From NCBI RefSeq assembly GCF_009834535.1, contig NC_045698.1, forward strand, positions 13,642,001 to 13,706,000: a DNA stretch of 64,000 nucleotides. The letters are read 5' to 3'. Shown one piece after another: positions 1 through 11,472 of this stretch (the first letter of the stretch is position 1; the number at the start of each line of letters is the position of its first letter). This DNA is from Camelus ferus (lineage: Eukaryota). The notes beneath the pieces were generated by a model that had not been told where the DNA came from, did no database searches, and worked only from the letters and a program-made list of their open reading frames with translations. The position numbers and the translations under genes were made by a program.

Positions 1-372
1 CCTATTCTGCACATTGGCCTAGTTGATACTTAAAATGCTCTAGGTAAGTAAGGTTGGAGGGTGTTAGTTTTCTAACATAATGAATGAATGCCTGGACCTC
101 ACAGCTAATATATGGCAAGTCCAGCTGTAATAACAAGTGCATATGAATCCAAGTGAAGTCCACTTTCTTGTGGATTACACTGTATAGACTTACTTCTCCA
201 GAGAATTAAGATGAAATTCTCTCTATGAGAATCTGTATAAAGCTATAGCAATCTCTCAGTCTCCCCTACAACAGCACAAAGCCCCGAAAAGCATGAAGTA
301 CAAATACAACAGAAGGGTGAAATTAAACCATTTCAAAAGCACTTTAGAATTGCCCAGGAATAACTTACTTTC

Positions 373-603
373 TTTTTTTTTTTTTAATTTGAGTACAGTC
401 AGTTATTATGTGTCAGTATTTCTGGTGTACAGCATAATGTCTCAGTCATGCATATATATATACATATATTCATCTTCATATTCTTTTTCATTAAAGGTTA
501 TTACAAGATATTGAATATAGTTCCCTGTGCTATACAGAAGAAATTTGGTTTTTGTGTATTTTTTTATATAGTGGTTAACATCTGCAAATCTCAAACTCTC
601 AAA
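373..603 (-). mobile_element. LINE-1 3' UTR fragment, 5'-truncated, relatively young
   Basis: Poly-T followed by 'gagtacagtcagtt...tctggtgtacagcataatgtctcagtcat...ttgaatatagttccctgtgctatacagaagaaa'. This is the reverse complement of the L1 tail family seen at 36018-36340. Confidence 0.9.
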
Positions 604-744
604 TGACTAACTATATTTCTCTTGATGATCAGAATTAATTCTATGATTTAGACGATGGAGAATAAATTTTTTCATGGGCTTTGCTAGCATCGTGAAGTTT
701 TCCACTGCAAAAGTTAGAAAACAACACAGTGATCAAGATTATGC

Positions 745-1070
745 ATTTATTTATTCAGTGTTGCTTTTATTCATCTAATAAATATTGAAATATTTCTTAT
801 ATATAAGACACTAGGAAGGTATATAAAGATGGAGAGAATAGGGCTCTTTCTCTCTAAGGAACTACAATGTATTAAAAAAGGAAGCAAAAATAATTATTTA
901 CACTGAAATGTTTTACAGGCTACACATTCTTTTAAAACAATGTCTCATTTAATTGTTATAAGGGTCCTGTGGATGTCAGGTACTTATCATTCTCCCTAGT
1001 GTACATACAACGAAGCTAAGACTGGTAAAATGGGCCCCACGTACAATTACACAGAGACTGGCAGCGCCGA
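745..1070 (-). mobile_element. Degraded L2 3' end followed by a MIR fragment
   Basis: 'ttattcatctaataaatattgaaa...ataagacactagg' resembles an L2 tail; 'tctcatttaattg...acttatcattctccc' resembles the MIR core. Highly diverged. Confidence 0.4.
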
Positions 1071-1973
1071 GAATACTAAAACAATGTTTTAACGTCATGA
1101 CACCATACCGTGCAGTCTTGTCTCAACAATGCTTACATCAGGACCCCAATTATTGGCGAAGAAATAAATTCAGATTCTCGATAATTAAGCTATGCTTTTG
1201 AGGTTCTCTATTAATCAGACAAGGCAGAATTTATAGAGAAGAAATATTTTATAATGCCTTCACTGCACACACTCTTGTTTACAATTTCATATCCAATATA
1301 TTAATTCCTTATTTCCTTTTATTGCAATCTATAAATAAAGCCTTAAATATTTAAGTACAACAGTAGCTAGAAATGTAGTTAATATTCGCAATATGGATGC
1401 CAACTCATTTCTCTTCTTGTCAGCGTTGAATTAAACACCAAAGAAATGTATTATTTATAGCCTAAGGGAAAATCCTGCACTGCTGTAACTTTTAGCAATG
1501 TTTCCATTAACCAGCTAGGTGCTCTGTGGGATGATTTTGTGTACAAACTCAACACCATCACACCTCCCCTGACACTTTTTTTTAAGATAATGAGACCGTA
1601 TGAAAGAAAAAGCAAATATGTTCTGGGAGGGAATTCATTGTTTTTTCAAGAGCCTAGTGATTGATTTCATGAACTGCTTCTAGCATTAATCCAGAGAATA
1701 GTTAATGAAAAGCTTTTTGTTTCAAGGAATTTTCAGTTTTATGGAGTTAACTGGAAGTAAAATTTTTTTAACTTCTTATTACTGAGGCTAGTAAATACAC
1801 AATGCATTTTGTTTATATTAATGTCTCCAGTTAGTTCAATAACTGTGATATAATTGATTTGGGGATAAGTAGTCATTCCCACCAATAATTCAATGGCTTT
1901 ATGTACTTCTAGAAATAATTAAAAACATAGTAACACAAGAGTGTCATCATTATTGTGGGGGGAGTAATGAGGC

Positions 1974-2069
1974 TTATTTATTCATTTTTAATGGAGGTGC
2001 TGGGAATTGAACCCAGGACCTCATGCATGCTAAGCACAAACACTACCCCTGAGCTATACCCTTCCCCCT
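1974..2069 (-). mobile_element. tRNA-Ala-derived SINE (camelid Vic-1-like)
   Basis: The minus strand reads 'ggggaagggtatagctcaggggtagtgtttgtgcttagcatgcatgaggtcctgggttcaattcccagcacctcca' plus an A-rich tail. It has an A box (tagctcagggg), a B box (ggttcaattcc) and a tRNA-Ala-like body, but the acceptor stem is imperfect. Confidence 0.85.
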
Positions 2070-3509
2070 TATAATTTCTGAGGACCTACAGCAACCATCA
2101 TCACATGGAGCTTCCAGACCGCCCTGTGAAAGATGAAGTAGACACAGGACCACACTCAAAGATTCTCTGAGCAGCATTGTCAACAGCTGTCAGGGATGTT
2201 TCTAATGACTGGTGACCACAGAGTCATGGGCAAACTGGCAAAGTTCTTGCTAGTTACTTTTTTCTTCTACTTTTTTGTCCTTTACTCCTGACTTGAGATT
2301 CCTTTTTTTGCCCCCAATTTCTCCTTTCCTCATTCCCAGTGTTTTTTTCCTGCAGCTTACTCTGCGTGAACTAAAAATTTCAAGCTAGTATCATATTGAA
2401 TTTCTTTCTTTTCATACCATCCCTCCTTCTATCAAAACACACTTCTACAAATTTGCATGTCCTGTTAATATTGTAATTGTACAAAGCTGTATTGGGTATC
2501 TACAACCATGTGTGAAATATTCTGCTTGGTGCCAAGCTAAAAACAAACAAACAAACCACATAGTCTAGGGGCTAAGAAATTTTCTTTACCAAATCACTGA
2601 ACAAATGTTCTTGTTTATTTGATATTTGGAGAAGTTTATAATAGGGAAATTAGAGTTCCAGAAACAAGAATAAAAGAATTAGGTTATTGTCTAATGGAAT
2701 AGGTAGTGTCACTGTTTCCCCTCCTAGCCAGCATCTTTAACATCTAACAATTTTTGTTCAGTTATCCATTTATATATTTATCAAGTTTACCATGGGTCAG
2801 GCTCCATAGTCCTTGGTTACCAACACTTCCTAGGAAATAAACTGATTTTTGTCGTAGAATAAAAATGTTAATGGTGCTCTTCTTCTATGTTCATATTACT
2901 TTAAAAATGTTTTCATACTAAGAGATGATCTCTTTATATATGCAGTTTGGTTATTAGAATTCCCGAAATCTTTTTTTTTTCTTCCACTACACCTTTCCAA
3001 AACAATTTGGACAAAAAAAAAAGCACATTCACTTTTGAGAGAATTTTTAAATGCTAATATTAATGATTCATATTTCTATTAAGTAAATATGTTAAATATC
3101 TTGTCCACTATAACTTAAGTATAACTTACAATTGTTTTCTAGTTAAGATCAGACAATGATGACATTCAATGAAATTTCCCTCAATTGGTTTCCTTTATCA
3201 CATAGTATATTTTATTTGCTTTTGGATGTGCTCTAGTTATACTCTTGTCTTATAAGACCATAAAAATGATAGTAATTGAAAGTGTAATGAAGTCAGACAC
3301 ACTAATATAAAAAAGTTTTAATAAGGTGCAAAAAATACCGTGAATTTGAAATATGAAGTTGCAGGGGTGTTTTTGCTTTCTTGGGCTTTTTTGTTTTTCT
3401 GATTATTGTGTGTTCTACAAACACCTTTTAATATAAAGCATTTTCTTTCAGTGGGTGAAATGAAACTATTTGTTTTTCAGGAGTCTTCCAGTTAATCCTT
3501 AAGTAAACA

Positions 3510-5800
3510 CAATTCAATAAATTCATTTCTACAATTAATATTTATTTCCACACCCAGCAGCACTAAAAACTGTTCTAAGTTTGGGGTAATAAATATATGA
3601 AAAAAAAAAAAAAACAGGAAAGAAAACCCTGCTTACCTGCAACATTTATTTTTAGGATGGAAGGAGGATATAAAATATTTAATTTAAATATTATATATTA
3701 TTCCATTGAGTGGCAGTTGCTATGGGAACAAAATACAAGAAAAGGAGATGGGATGCAATTTTTCAAAAGAATATTCAGGGAAAGTATTATAAGCAAAGTA
3801 GGAGGTGAGGGAGCCACCCAGTGGCTTGGGGGTGAGAATATTCTATGAAGAGAGTCCAGAGATCAACAAGAACAAAGGCACCAAAAAGAGATCGTGCTTT
3901 CATGCCCAAGGCACAGCAGCACAGAGATCAGGCCGGCTGGATGGGAGCAAGCCAGTAGGAAAGTAATAGATGAATTTAGAGAGGTAATCCTGTGGTCGCT
4001 CCATTTAAGGTTCTTGTAGGCTTTTTGAAGACATTGGTTTTTATTCTGAGTGATAGAGACTGCTAGTAGAAGGTTTGAACAGAAAAATGACATGGGTTTT
4101 AGTTTTTAATCTGTGTTATTCTGGATGCTATAAAAGGAGCCAAAGCAGAATGAGACAACCAAGTCAGAAGGTTGTTGTCTAGTTCAAAGAGAGTGGTAGC
4201 AAAGGGAACAGTAAGCACTGAGTAGTGACGAGTATATAGAAAAGCCCCCAGGATGTGGTGACAGATTGGATGGCATGGGAGGGAGTAATTTTGAGAGAAT
4301 GAAAAGACTCAGGAGTGACTCCAATCTTTTTGTAGGGAGCAATTGCAAGTTTGAAATAACCATATATAGACCAAGTGTTAAAGGAAGTGATTAGATGGGT
4401 GAAAATATTGAGAGGTCAGCAAATGCTATCAATGACCCAGCCATATGGCCTTACATTTACCGTATGCCTGCAACTCACCCAATTTCAGATGCAGGCAGTT
4501 ATGATTTTCTGCCCTAGGATCTTTGTCTAGTGGCTGGAGTGAGAAGACCCGGCTGGTCAGTATCACTGGGAAATTAACATCCTCTTGGAGGCACCTTCCA
4601 TCAATGACCGACAGAAAAGAATGGGCAAATCTTCCTGTTTCTCACCCACTGGTAGGACAACCAAGGCATATGTTCTTCCCTGATTCTTATGATTCTCCAG
4701 TGAGATTTTATGCTCTGCTTTCTACTGATGACTTGTTTAATAATATATTTATTTGCTTCCATTAGTTTCCAGACCAACCACCTTATTTGTCTAATTGTAC
4801 TTCCTAGGATCTTTTCTGAAATAACCTACTTGACTCCTAGTATCAGGGTCTCTTTCAGGGGGAACCAATATGTACTAAGAAAGAGTGTCCACTGTACAGA
4901 TGGCATTTTAATGCTAAGAGATTAAACACAATCACTAGCAATAAATGTAGACAGAAAAAGAAAACAAATGATGTCTGAAAATTAAGGACTCTAGACTTAA
5001 ATGACTGGAAGAGTGAGGAAGAACCAGGAAAGGAGAGAGAACAACAGTAGCTGGTGATAAATAACACCAGGGAACTGTAACATCCAGGAAGGCAAATAAA
5101 GAAAATTCTTCAAGATAAATGGAACAATCAATGTTGAGAAATGCTTCTGGCTTGTTGAAAAGCTGAGGCCTGTTAGTTATTTTATAGTCATAGGTGTTGG
5201 TGACCATTCAATTTAGTAGCATGTTAGAGGCAAAATAGAGTAATTGGGAGAATTCTGGAGAAAATAGGAGAGGAGTTGGAGACAGTAAATATATATAATT
5301 TTTTGAGGAGTCAATGTTAAAGGTAGCAAGTTTTTTAAAATATAAATTCAATATTAGTTATTAAAATGTATTCATTGTTGAATGTTTTTATTCAATATTA
5401 TTATACAAAATTAGAGACTGTTGTGACTTTTATTCAATTTGGTACCCTATTTAGAATAAGAGCAGAGAGAATTATGCTTTATAAACATTGTATTATTATG
5501 ACATCATTATGATATGGCTTTACTTGATTGTATATAGAGAAAAATAGCATTGGAATTAAGGCAATAATTTGAATAGTTGGAATCAGAAGAAAGGAAAATA
5601 TCTGTAAACACTGAATTCCTAGGTAATACTCTTCATCAGTCTGGAAGGCGTACGACCTAGCGTACAGGGAATAGAGTGGCCTTGGATAGGGGGACACACC
5701 TTTATCATCCTAACAGAAGATAAAGCAAATATTTGGATATAGATGCTTATAGTTTGGTCGACTTATGGTGGCAGCTTGAAAAAATTCTCTTTCTGAACTC
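3510..5800 (-). mobile_element. Long fragmented LINE-2 element, interrupted by an LTR
   Basis: L2 3' end motif 'ttcaataaattcattt...tatttattt', then collinear L2 motifs ('ggtttttattctgagtgatagagactgct...ggtttgaacagaaaaatgacatg', 'ggtgacagattggatg', 'aggagtgactccaa', 'gagttggagacagtaaatata'). Confidence 0.7.
4420..4880 (+). mobile_element. Solo LTR of ERVL/MaLR class inserted in the L2
   Basis: Its 3' end 'aataacctacttgactcctagtatcagggtctctttcagggggaaccaa' resembles class III LTR termini (LTR40/41/MLT1-like). It interrupts L2-like sequence. Confidence 0.6.
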
Positions 5801-5819
5801 ACTTATCGTTTGAAGACCT

Positions 5820-6560
5820 CATTTTTAGGCATAGACAATCATGTCATCTGCAAATGAGAGCAGTTTAATTCCTTTCCAAAACAGATGTCTTCATTTCATT
5901 TTTTGGCCTTATTGCTGCAGCTAGAAACTTCTAGTACTATGTTGAATAAGAATGGTGAGAGTGGATGTACTTGACCTGCTCCCAGTCTTAGGGAGGAAAG
6001 TATTCAGTCTGTCAATATTAAGTGTGATGTTAGTACCATTTTTTAAATAGATGCTTTTGATTAATCTGATCTAATTCCCCTCTGTTCTTAACTTGCCAAA
6101 ATTTTTTATGATCAATAGGTATTGCATTTTGCCATATGATTTTTTTGAGACAGTTGATACAATTATATGATTTTTTTTTCCCTTTAGCTTATTGAAATGG
6201 TGGTTTCCATTGATTTTTTTCAAATGTTGAGCCAGCATTGCATCCAAGGGATAAATCCTTTCCTGTAATGGTCTACCAAACTTTTTACATATGGCTGAAT
6301 TTAGATACCTAGTTTGTTGAGGATTTTACATCTGTATTTACAAGGATGTTAAGCTCTAGTTTTCTTTTCTTAAAATGCCTTTGTCTGGTTTTGGTATCTG
6401 GGTAAACCTGGCCACATGGAAATAATTGGGAAATGTTCCTTTTTTATTTTGGAAGGGTTTGTAAAGAATTTATATTAAGTCTTCTTTAAATATATGCAGA
6501 TTTCATCAGTAAAGCCATCTGCGGCTGAATTTTCCTCTATGGGAAGTTTTTAGATTGTTT
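5820..6560 (-). mobile_element. Old LINE-1 ORF2 (reverse transcriptase region) fragment
   Basis: Antisense L1 ORF2 motifs: 'acaatcatgtcatctgcaaat', 'ctagtactatgttgaataagaatggtgagagtgga', 'ttgtctggttttggtatc', 'agtaaagccatctg'. Confidence 0.85.
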
Positions 6561-6869
6561 GTTTCCATCTCTAGTAATTATTGGTTCTTAATCATCTAAT
6601 GTTATTACTTCAACAACCATTAAATTTTATGAATATATTTTTTGATGATTTCTTTATGAATCTCTCTATAAATATTAAAATCTTTATCAACATATCTTAA
6701 TACTTCTCTTCTTATCTAAAATACTTTTCACTATTTGGACTATTTACCAATTACTTTAATTTCTTCTTTTTTATGTATTTGTTAAATGTAAATGTCATTT
6801 AAAAATTGTATTTAAGCATGAAGATTTTTTGTTTTTCACTTCCATATTATGACTGCCTTTAATAAACCT

Positions 6870-7100
6870 TATTTTAATGGATATATAATTTTCATATCAT
6901 AAAGTTCACTCTTTTAAAGTGTAAAATTCAGCTATTTTAGTATATTTATAAGGTTGTGCATTTTTTTTGATATCTTGGTAGTACTGGCCTCACAGAATGA
7001 CTTGGAGAGTGTTCCCTCCTCATTTTTTAAAGCTTTTATGTAGAGTTGGTATTAATTTTTATTAAAATGTTTGGTAGAATGTATCACACTTGGGCTTTTT
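6870..7100 (-). mobile_element. Old LINE-1 fragments (3' end abutting an ORF2 piece)
   Basis: 'tcataaagttcactcttttaaagtgtaaaattca...tatatttataaggttgtgca' (L1M 3' end), then 'tactggcctcacagaatgacttggagagtgttccctcctc' (ORF2). Confidence 0.7.
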
Positions 7101-7619
7101 TTTGTGTGTGTGAGAATGAAGCCTGTTTGCTCTAGTGTGAAACCTCATTTACCAGTATCTAAACCTGTTCTAGAAATAAAGTCTTTAATTTTTAAAATAT
7201 AATACTTGAACATGTACAACCTCAAAAATTAAAAAAAAAAGTTTACAATGAAAATTATATTCTTGATCTCCTACAACTGGACACTTAGCTCCCCTCTTTA
7301 GAGGCAATCATGAATATATGAGTCCCTTTTAAACAATTTTGGAGATCTCTGCATGTAAAAAAGATGCATATTTTTCCCACAAAATGCTGTCCACCTTGTG
7401 AGCCTTGCTTTTCAACTTGGAAGATAGTTCTCATCCATATATGTAGTGCTAACTCATTCTATTCAACAGCTGTGATAGCTTTTGGTTAAAGAGGGGTGGC
7501 ACGATTTAGCGAGCCATTTACCTAGGAACAATATATATGCTAGTTCCACTTTTGCTACTAAAATTGTAAACTTTAGCGTTTGGGTTATTTTCAGCATTAG
7601 CCTTAGAAAAGACACCTGT

Positions 7620-7830
7620 TCAGTGGTTACAAATGTAGCCTCCAGAGCTGAAGCTGCTTGGCTTTGAATCCTGCTTTTTCCCATTTACCTTGAACTATGG
7701 GTTTTTATCCAGTTCCTTAATGTCTCCACCCCTTAATTTCCTCACCTGCAAGATACCACCTATCTCACAGGCAGGATATAGTGATTAAATACCCTAGTAT
7801 ATGAAAAGCTTAGAGACCAGTGTCAGCCAT
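7620..7830 (+). mobile_element. MIR SINE
   Basis: 'cagtggttacaaatgtagcctccagagctgaagctgcttggctttgaatcctg...ttaatttcctcacctgcaa...acctatctcacagg' follows the MIR consensus. Confidence 0.75.
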
Positions 7831-7847
7831 CTATATAGATCTGTATA

Positions 7848-8135
7848 TTCTTCTTCTTCTTCTCCTCCTTCTCCTCCTTCTCCTCCTTCTCCTCCTTCTT
7901 CTTTCTTCTTCTTCTTCTTCTCCTTCTCCTTCTCCTTCTCCTTCTCCTCCTTCTCCTTCTCCTTCTCCTTCTCCTTCTCCTTCTCCTTCTTCTTCTTCTT
8001 CTTCTTCTTCTTCTTCTTCTTCTTCTTCTTCTTCTTCTTCTTCTTCTTCTTCTTCTTCTTCTTCTTCTTCTTCTTCTTCTTCTTCTTCTTTTCTCCTTCT
8101 CCTTCTCCTCCTTTCTTCTTTCTTCTTTCCTTTTT
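7848..8135. repeat. Compound pyrimidine microsatellite (TTC)n/(TCC)n/(TCCTTC)n
   Basis: Directly visible: only C and T on the + strand for 288 nt, with an uninterrupted (TTC) run of about 34 units at ~7987-8088. Confidence 0.98.
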
Positions 8136-8281
8136 ATTTTCTTTGTTGTATTTGTGTAATGTCTTAGGGGAGAAAGGGAAAAATTGTGTTTCAGGCCACT
8201 TTCATTATATACACAAACTCTTTTAAGGCATAAAATATACTGACATCAGTGATTACTTTGTTACAGATAATTTAGTTTTTA

Positions 8282-8312
8282 TCTTGCACATCTTGCACAC
8301 CTCTTGCACACC
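8282..8312. repeat. Short tandem repeat of tcttgcaca(cc), 3 copies
   Basis: Directly visible: 'tcttgcaca tcttgcacacc tcttgcacacc'. Confidence 0.85.
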
Positions 8313-8859
8313 TTAATTAATTTAGAACACTTAAATATCTTATCTTTTGACCTATATAAAGCTCATTTGTATATGTGTATTCATGTATAACTCAATCAAT
8401 ATTTATTAAATGGAATATAAAGAAGTTCAAAATGGAAGCTATCATTACTACCTCTCTGCTGTACACTTCTACTCTTTCCAACATTTAGCATAATTTGAAC
8501 AGAGATATATTACTTCTTGCAAATAAGTGATCATAGACAGAACATTTATACTTAGATTTACTTTGAAGGATTTTCCTACTTTCACTTGAATACTGCTAAC
8601 CCAAACAGTTTTTTGTTCTTTTCCATTTTCTCTCTAATCCATGTGGTCATGTAGAGTAATAAGAAGGCTAGCCTTTGAAAAGAGAATCCATGCCACTAAC
8701 TATTCTTCGAGAGGCTACCATTTCCCAACTCAGTCTAAAATGAGATGGCCCTTTACTAAATATGGGTGAGAGGCAGAAACCTAGTATTTCTATCCACAGT
8801 AGAGAAAGGTGCTAGAACTCTCAATTTAAACATCTCCCTCATGCTTATAGTAAACGTTT

Positions 8860-10199
8860 ATTGATAAGAGCCATTCTAACAGGTGTGAGGTGATACCTCA
8901 TTGTGGTTTTGATTTTCATTTCATTTCCCCGATAATTAGTGATACTGAGCACCTCTTTATGCATCTGTTGGCCATCTGGTCATTTTTTAAATCAAATTCT
9001 TTGTGTTTATTTTGATACTGAGTTGTGTGATTTCTTTGTATAATTTGGATAGTAACCCTTATTGGAAATATCATTTGCAAATATTTCTCCCATTTAGTAG
9101 GTTGCCTTTTCATTTTGGTAATAATTTCCTTCACTGTGCAAAAGCTATTTTAGTTTTATGTAATACTGTTTGTTTATTTTTGCTTTTATTGTCCTTGTCT
9201 GGGTTGAGAGATCCAAAAAAAAAATTGCTAAGATTTATGTCAAAGAAAGAACACATTTCCTATGTTCCCCCCACCTCCTAGGAGTTTTTTGGCTTCAGGT
9301 TCTACATTTAAGTCTTTGACTTATTTTGAGTTTACTTTTGTGTGTGGTATTAAAAAGGTGATCCATTTCATTCTTATACATGTAGCTGTCCAGTTTTCTC
9401 AACACCATATATTAAAGAGACTGTCTTTTCTCCATTTTACGTTCTTGCCTGCTTTGTCAAAGATTAGTTGATCATATAATTGTGGATTTATTTCTGGGCT
9501 TTCTATTCTGTTCTATTGGTCTATGTATCTATTTTTGTGACAGTAACATGCTTTGATTACTCTAGCTTTGTAGTATAGTTTGAAACCAGAAAGTGTGATA
9601 CTTCTAGCTTTGTCTTTATTTCTCAGCATTGTTTTGGCTATTCAGTGTTTTTTGTAGTTCCATACAAATTTTATGATTATTTGTTTTAGTTCTCTGAAAA
9701 ATGCTGTGAGTATTTTGGTAGGGATTGCATTGAATCTGTAGATTGCTTTGAGTAGTATGGACATTTTAACAATATTCTTCTTCCAATCCATGAGCATGGT
9801 TTTTCTTTCCATTTATTTGTGTCATCTTCAGTTTCTTTCATCAATGTCTTCTAGTTTGCAGACTAACAGGTCTTTCAGCCCTTTGGTTAAATTTAATCCT
9901 AGGTATTTTTTATGCAATAGTAAATGGTGTTTTCATAATTTCTCTTTCTCCTAGTTCTTTGTTAGTATATAGAAATGCTACAGATCTCTGCATATTAATT
10001 TTGTAGTCTGCATCCTTCTTGAATTTATTTATCAGTTCTAATACTTTTCTTGTGGAGTCTACAGGGTTTTCTACATATATTATTATGTCATCTAAAAACG
10101 GTGACAGTTTTAATTTTTCCTTTCCAACTTAGACTACTTTTCTTTCTTTTTCTTGCATGATTTCTGTGGCAAGGACTTCCAATATTGTGTTGAATAACA
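8860..10199 (-). mobile_element. LINE-1 ORF2 3' half (inverted segment of a 5'-inverted L1)
   Basis: Antisense L1 from 'gccattctaacaggtgtgaggtgatacctcattgtggttttg' to 'aggacttccaatattgtgttgaataa'. ORF 8916-9134(-) gives 'KEIITKMKRQPTKWEK', an ORF2p motif. Confidence 0.92.
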
Positions 10200-10650
10200 G
10201 TAAGTGTTGCTGAGGATGTGGAGAGAAATAAACCATTATGCACTGTCTGTGGGAATGTAAATTGGTGCATACACTATGGAAAACAGTATGAAAATTCCTT
10301 AAAAATTAAAAATATAACTACTGTATGATCCAGCAATTCCACTTCTGGCTAATTATCTGAAGAAAACAAAAAAAAAAACTAATTCAAAAAGATATATGCA
10401 GTATTATCTATAATAGTCAAGATATGGAAACTACCTAAGTGTCCATTAATGAATGAATAGATAAAGAAGATAATGATGTCTATCTATCTGTCTCTCTGTC
10501 TATCTGCTATCTATAAATATTACTCATTCATAAAAATAATGAAATCCTATATTTAAGACAACATGAATGAACCTTGCTAAGTGATATGTCAGATGATGAA
10601 AGATGCAATACTGTAGAATTTCACTGATATGTGGAATCTAAAAAATATTT
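10200..10650 (+). mobile_element. LINE-1 ORF2 C-terminus / start of 3' UTR (non-inverted segment)
   Basis: Sense L1: 'aagtgttgctgaggatgtggagaga...gggaatgtaaattggtgca...tatgatccagcaattccacttctgg...atatgtggaatctaaaaaa'. Confidence 0.9.
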
Positions 10651-11394
10651 TTTTAAAACAATAATAACAAACAGTAATAACTATTATTCATATAGTTACC
10701 CTTGCCTAACAGATATAAAAATTGTAGCAAATACATGGCTTATTCATTATTCTTATTGTAGCTTAAAAGCAATATCTAAAACATAAGAAATATTCACTTT
10801 GAACTATTTTTTTCATGTCATAGGAGTATAAATCAATTTATAGAAAAGAAGTGTTGGAAAAATATTAAGTTTTTTCTTGTATTCATTCTGTTTGAAATCA
10901 TATGAGATATTTCAGGGTTTTGTATTAAGTCTTTTGAAAAATATGCAGATCATAATCTTTTTTAAGGGGTCACTTTCTTTTATTAGATTTAAGTCTGAAG
11001 TGAAAGACTTCTGAAATGTTTAACTTTAGTGCTATTCAGGTGGCAAATGCTGAACATCAGGATTCCTGTTTTTTGTTGGGCTCCTTTGGTAAAGTAAAAT
11101 ATGAACTGACACTTAAAAATAATAAAAATGTTTGTTTAAGTTCTGCTTATTGACCAGTATCTAAACTGTGTGATTAAGTTAGGTGTAGCAATTGGGAGGG
11201 AGTGTAAAGAAGAAAAATTTTATGATTATGTTATTTCTAGTTCACAAAACACATTTGTACTCAGGTTGAAATCTTGGGGAAAATTGAAGAAACAATGTTT
11301 TGAGTAGCAAATAACAAATAATAAATTATCATTAAAATATCTTTCAATTATTTGAATTAATTGTTTTATTTAGCTAGAATTTAATTTATAGCTT

Positions 11395-11472
11395 TTTGTT
11401 TGGTGCAGAGAAAGGTTTATTGCAGGGCCAAGCAAGGAGAATGGGTGACTCGTGCTCAAAAAACATGAACTC
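11395..11472 (-). mobile_element. Short ERV LTR fragment
   Basis: 'gcagagaaaggtttattgcagggccaagcaaggagaatgggtgactcgtgctcaaaaaac' contains an antisense AATAAA in a context resembling laurasiatherian ERV1-class LTRs. Confidence 0.55.

Noticed and set aside
1990..2066. Possible tRNA-Ala gene
   Set aside because: Imperfect stems, an extended purine head and an A-rich tail fit a tRNA-derived SINE better.
7801..8226. 141-aa and 115-aa ORFs rich in poly-F, poly-S and poly-L
   Set aside because: They are stop-free translations of the TTC/TCC microsatellite, not proteins.
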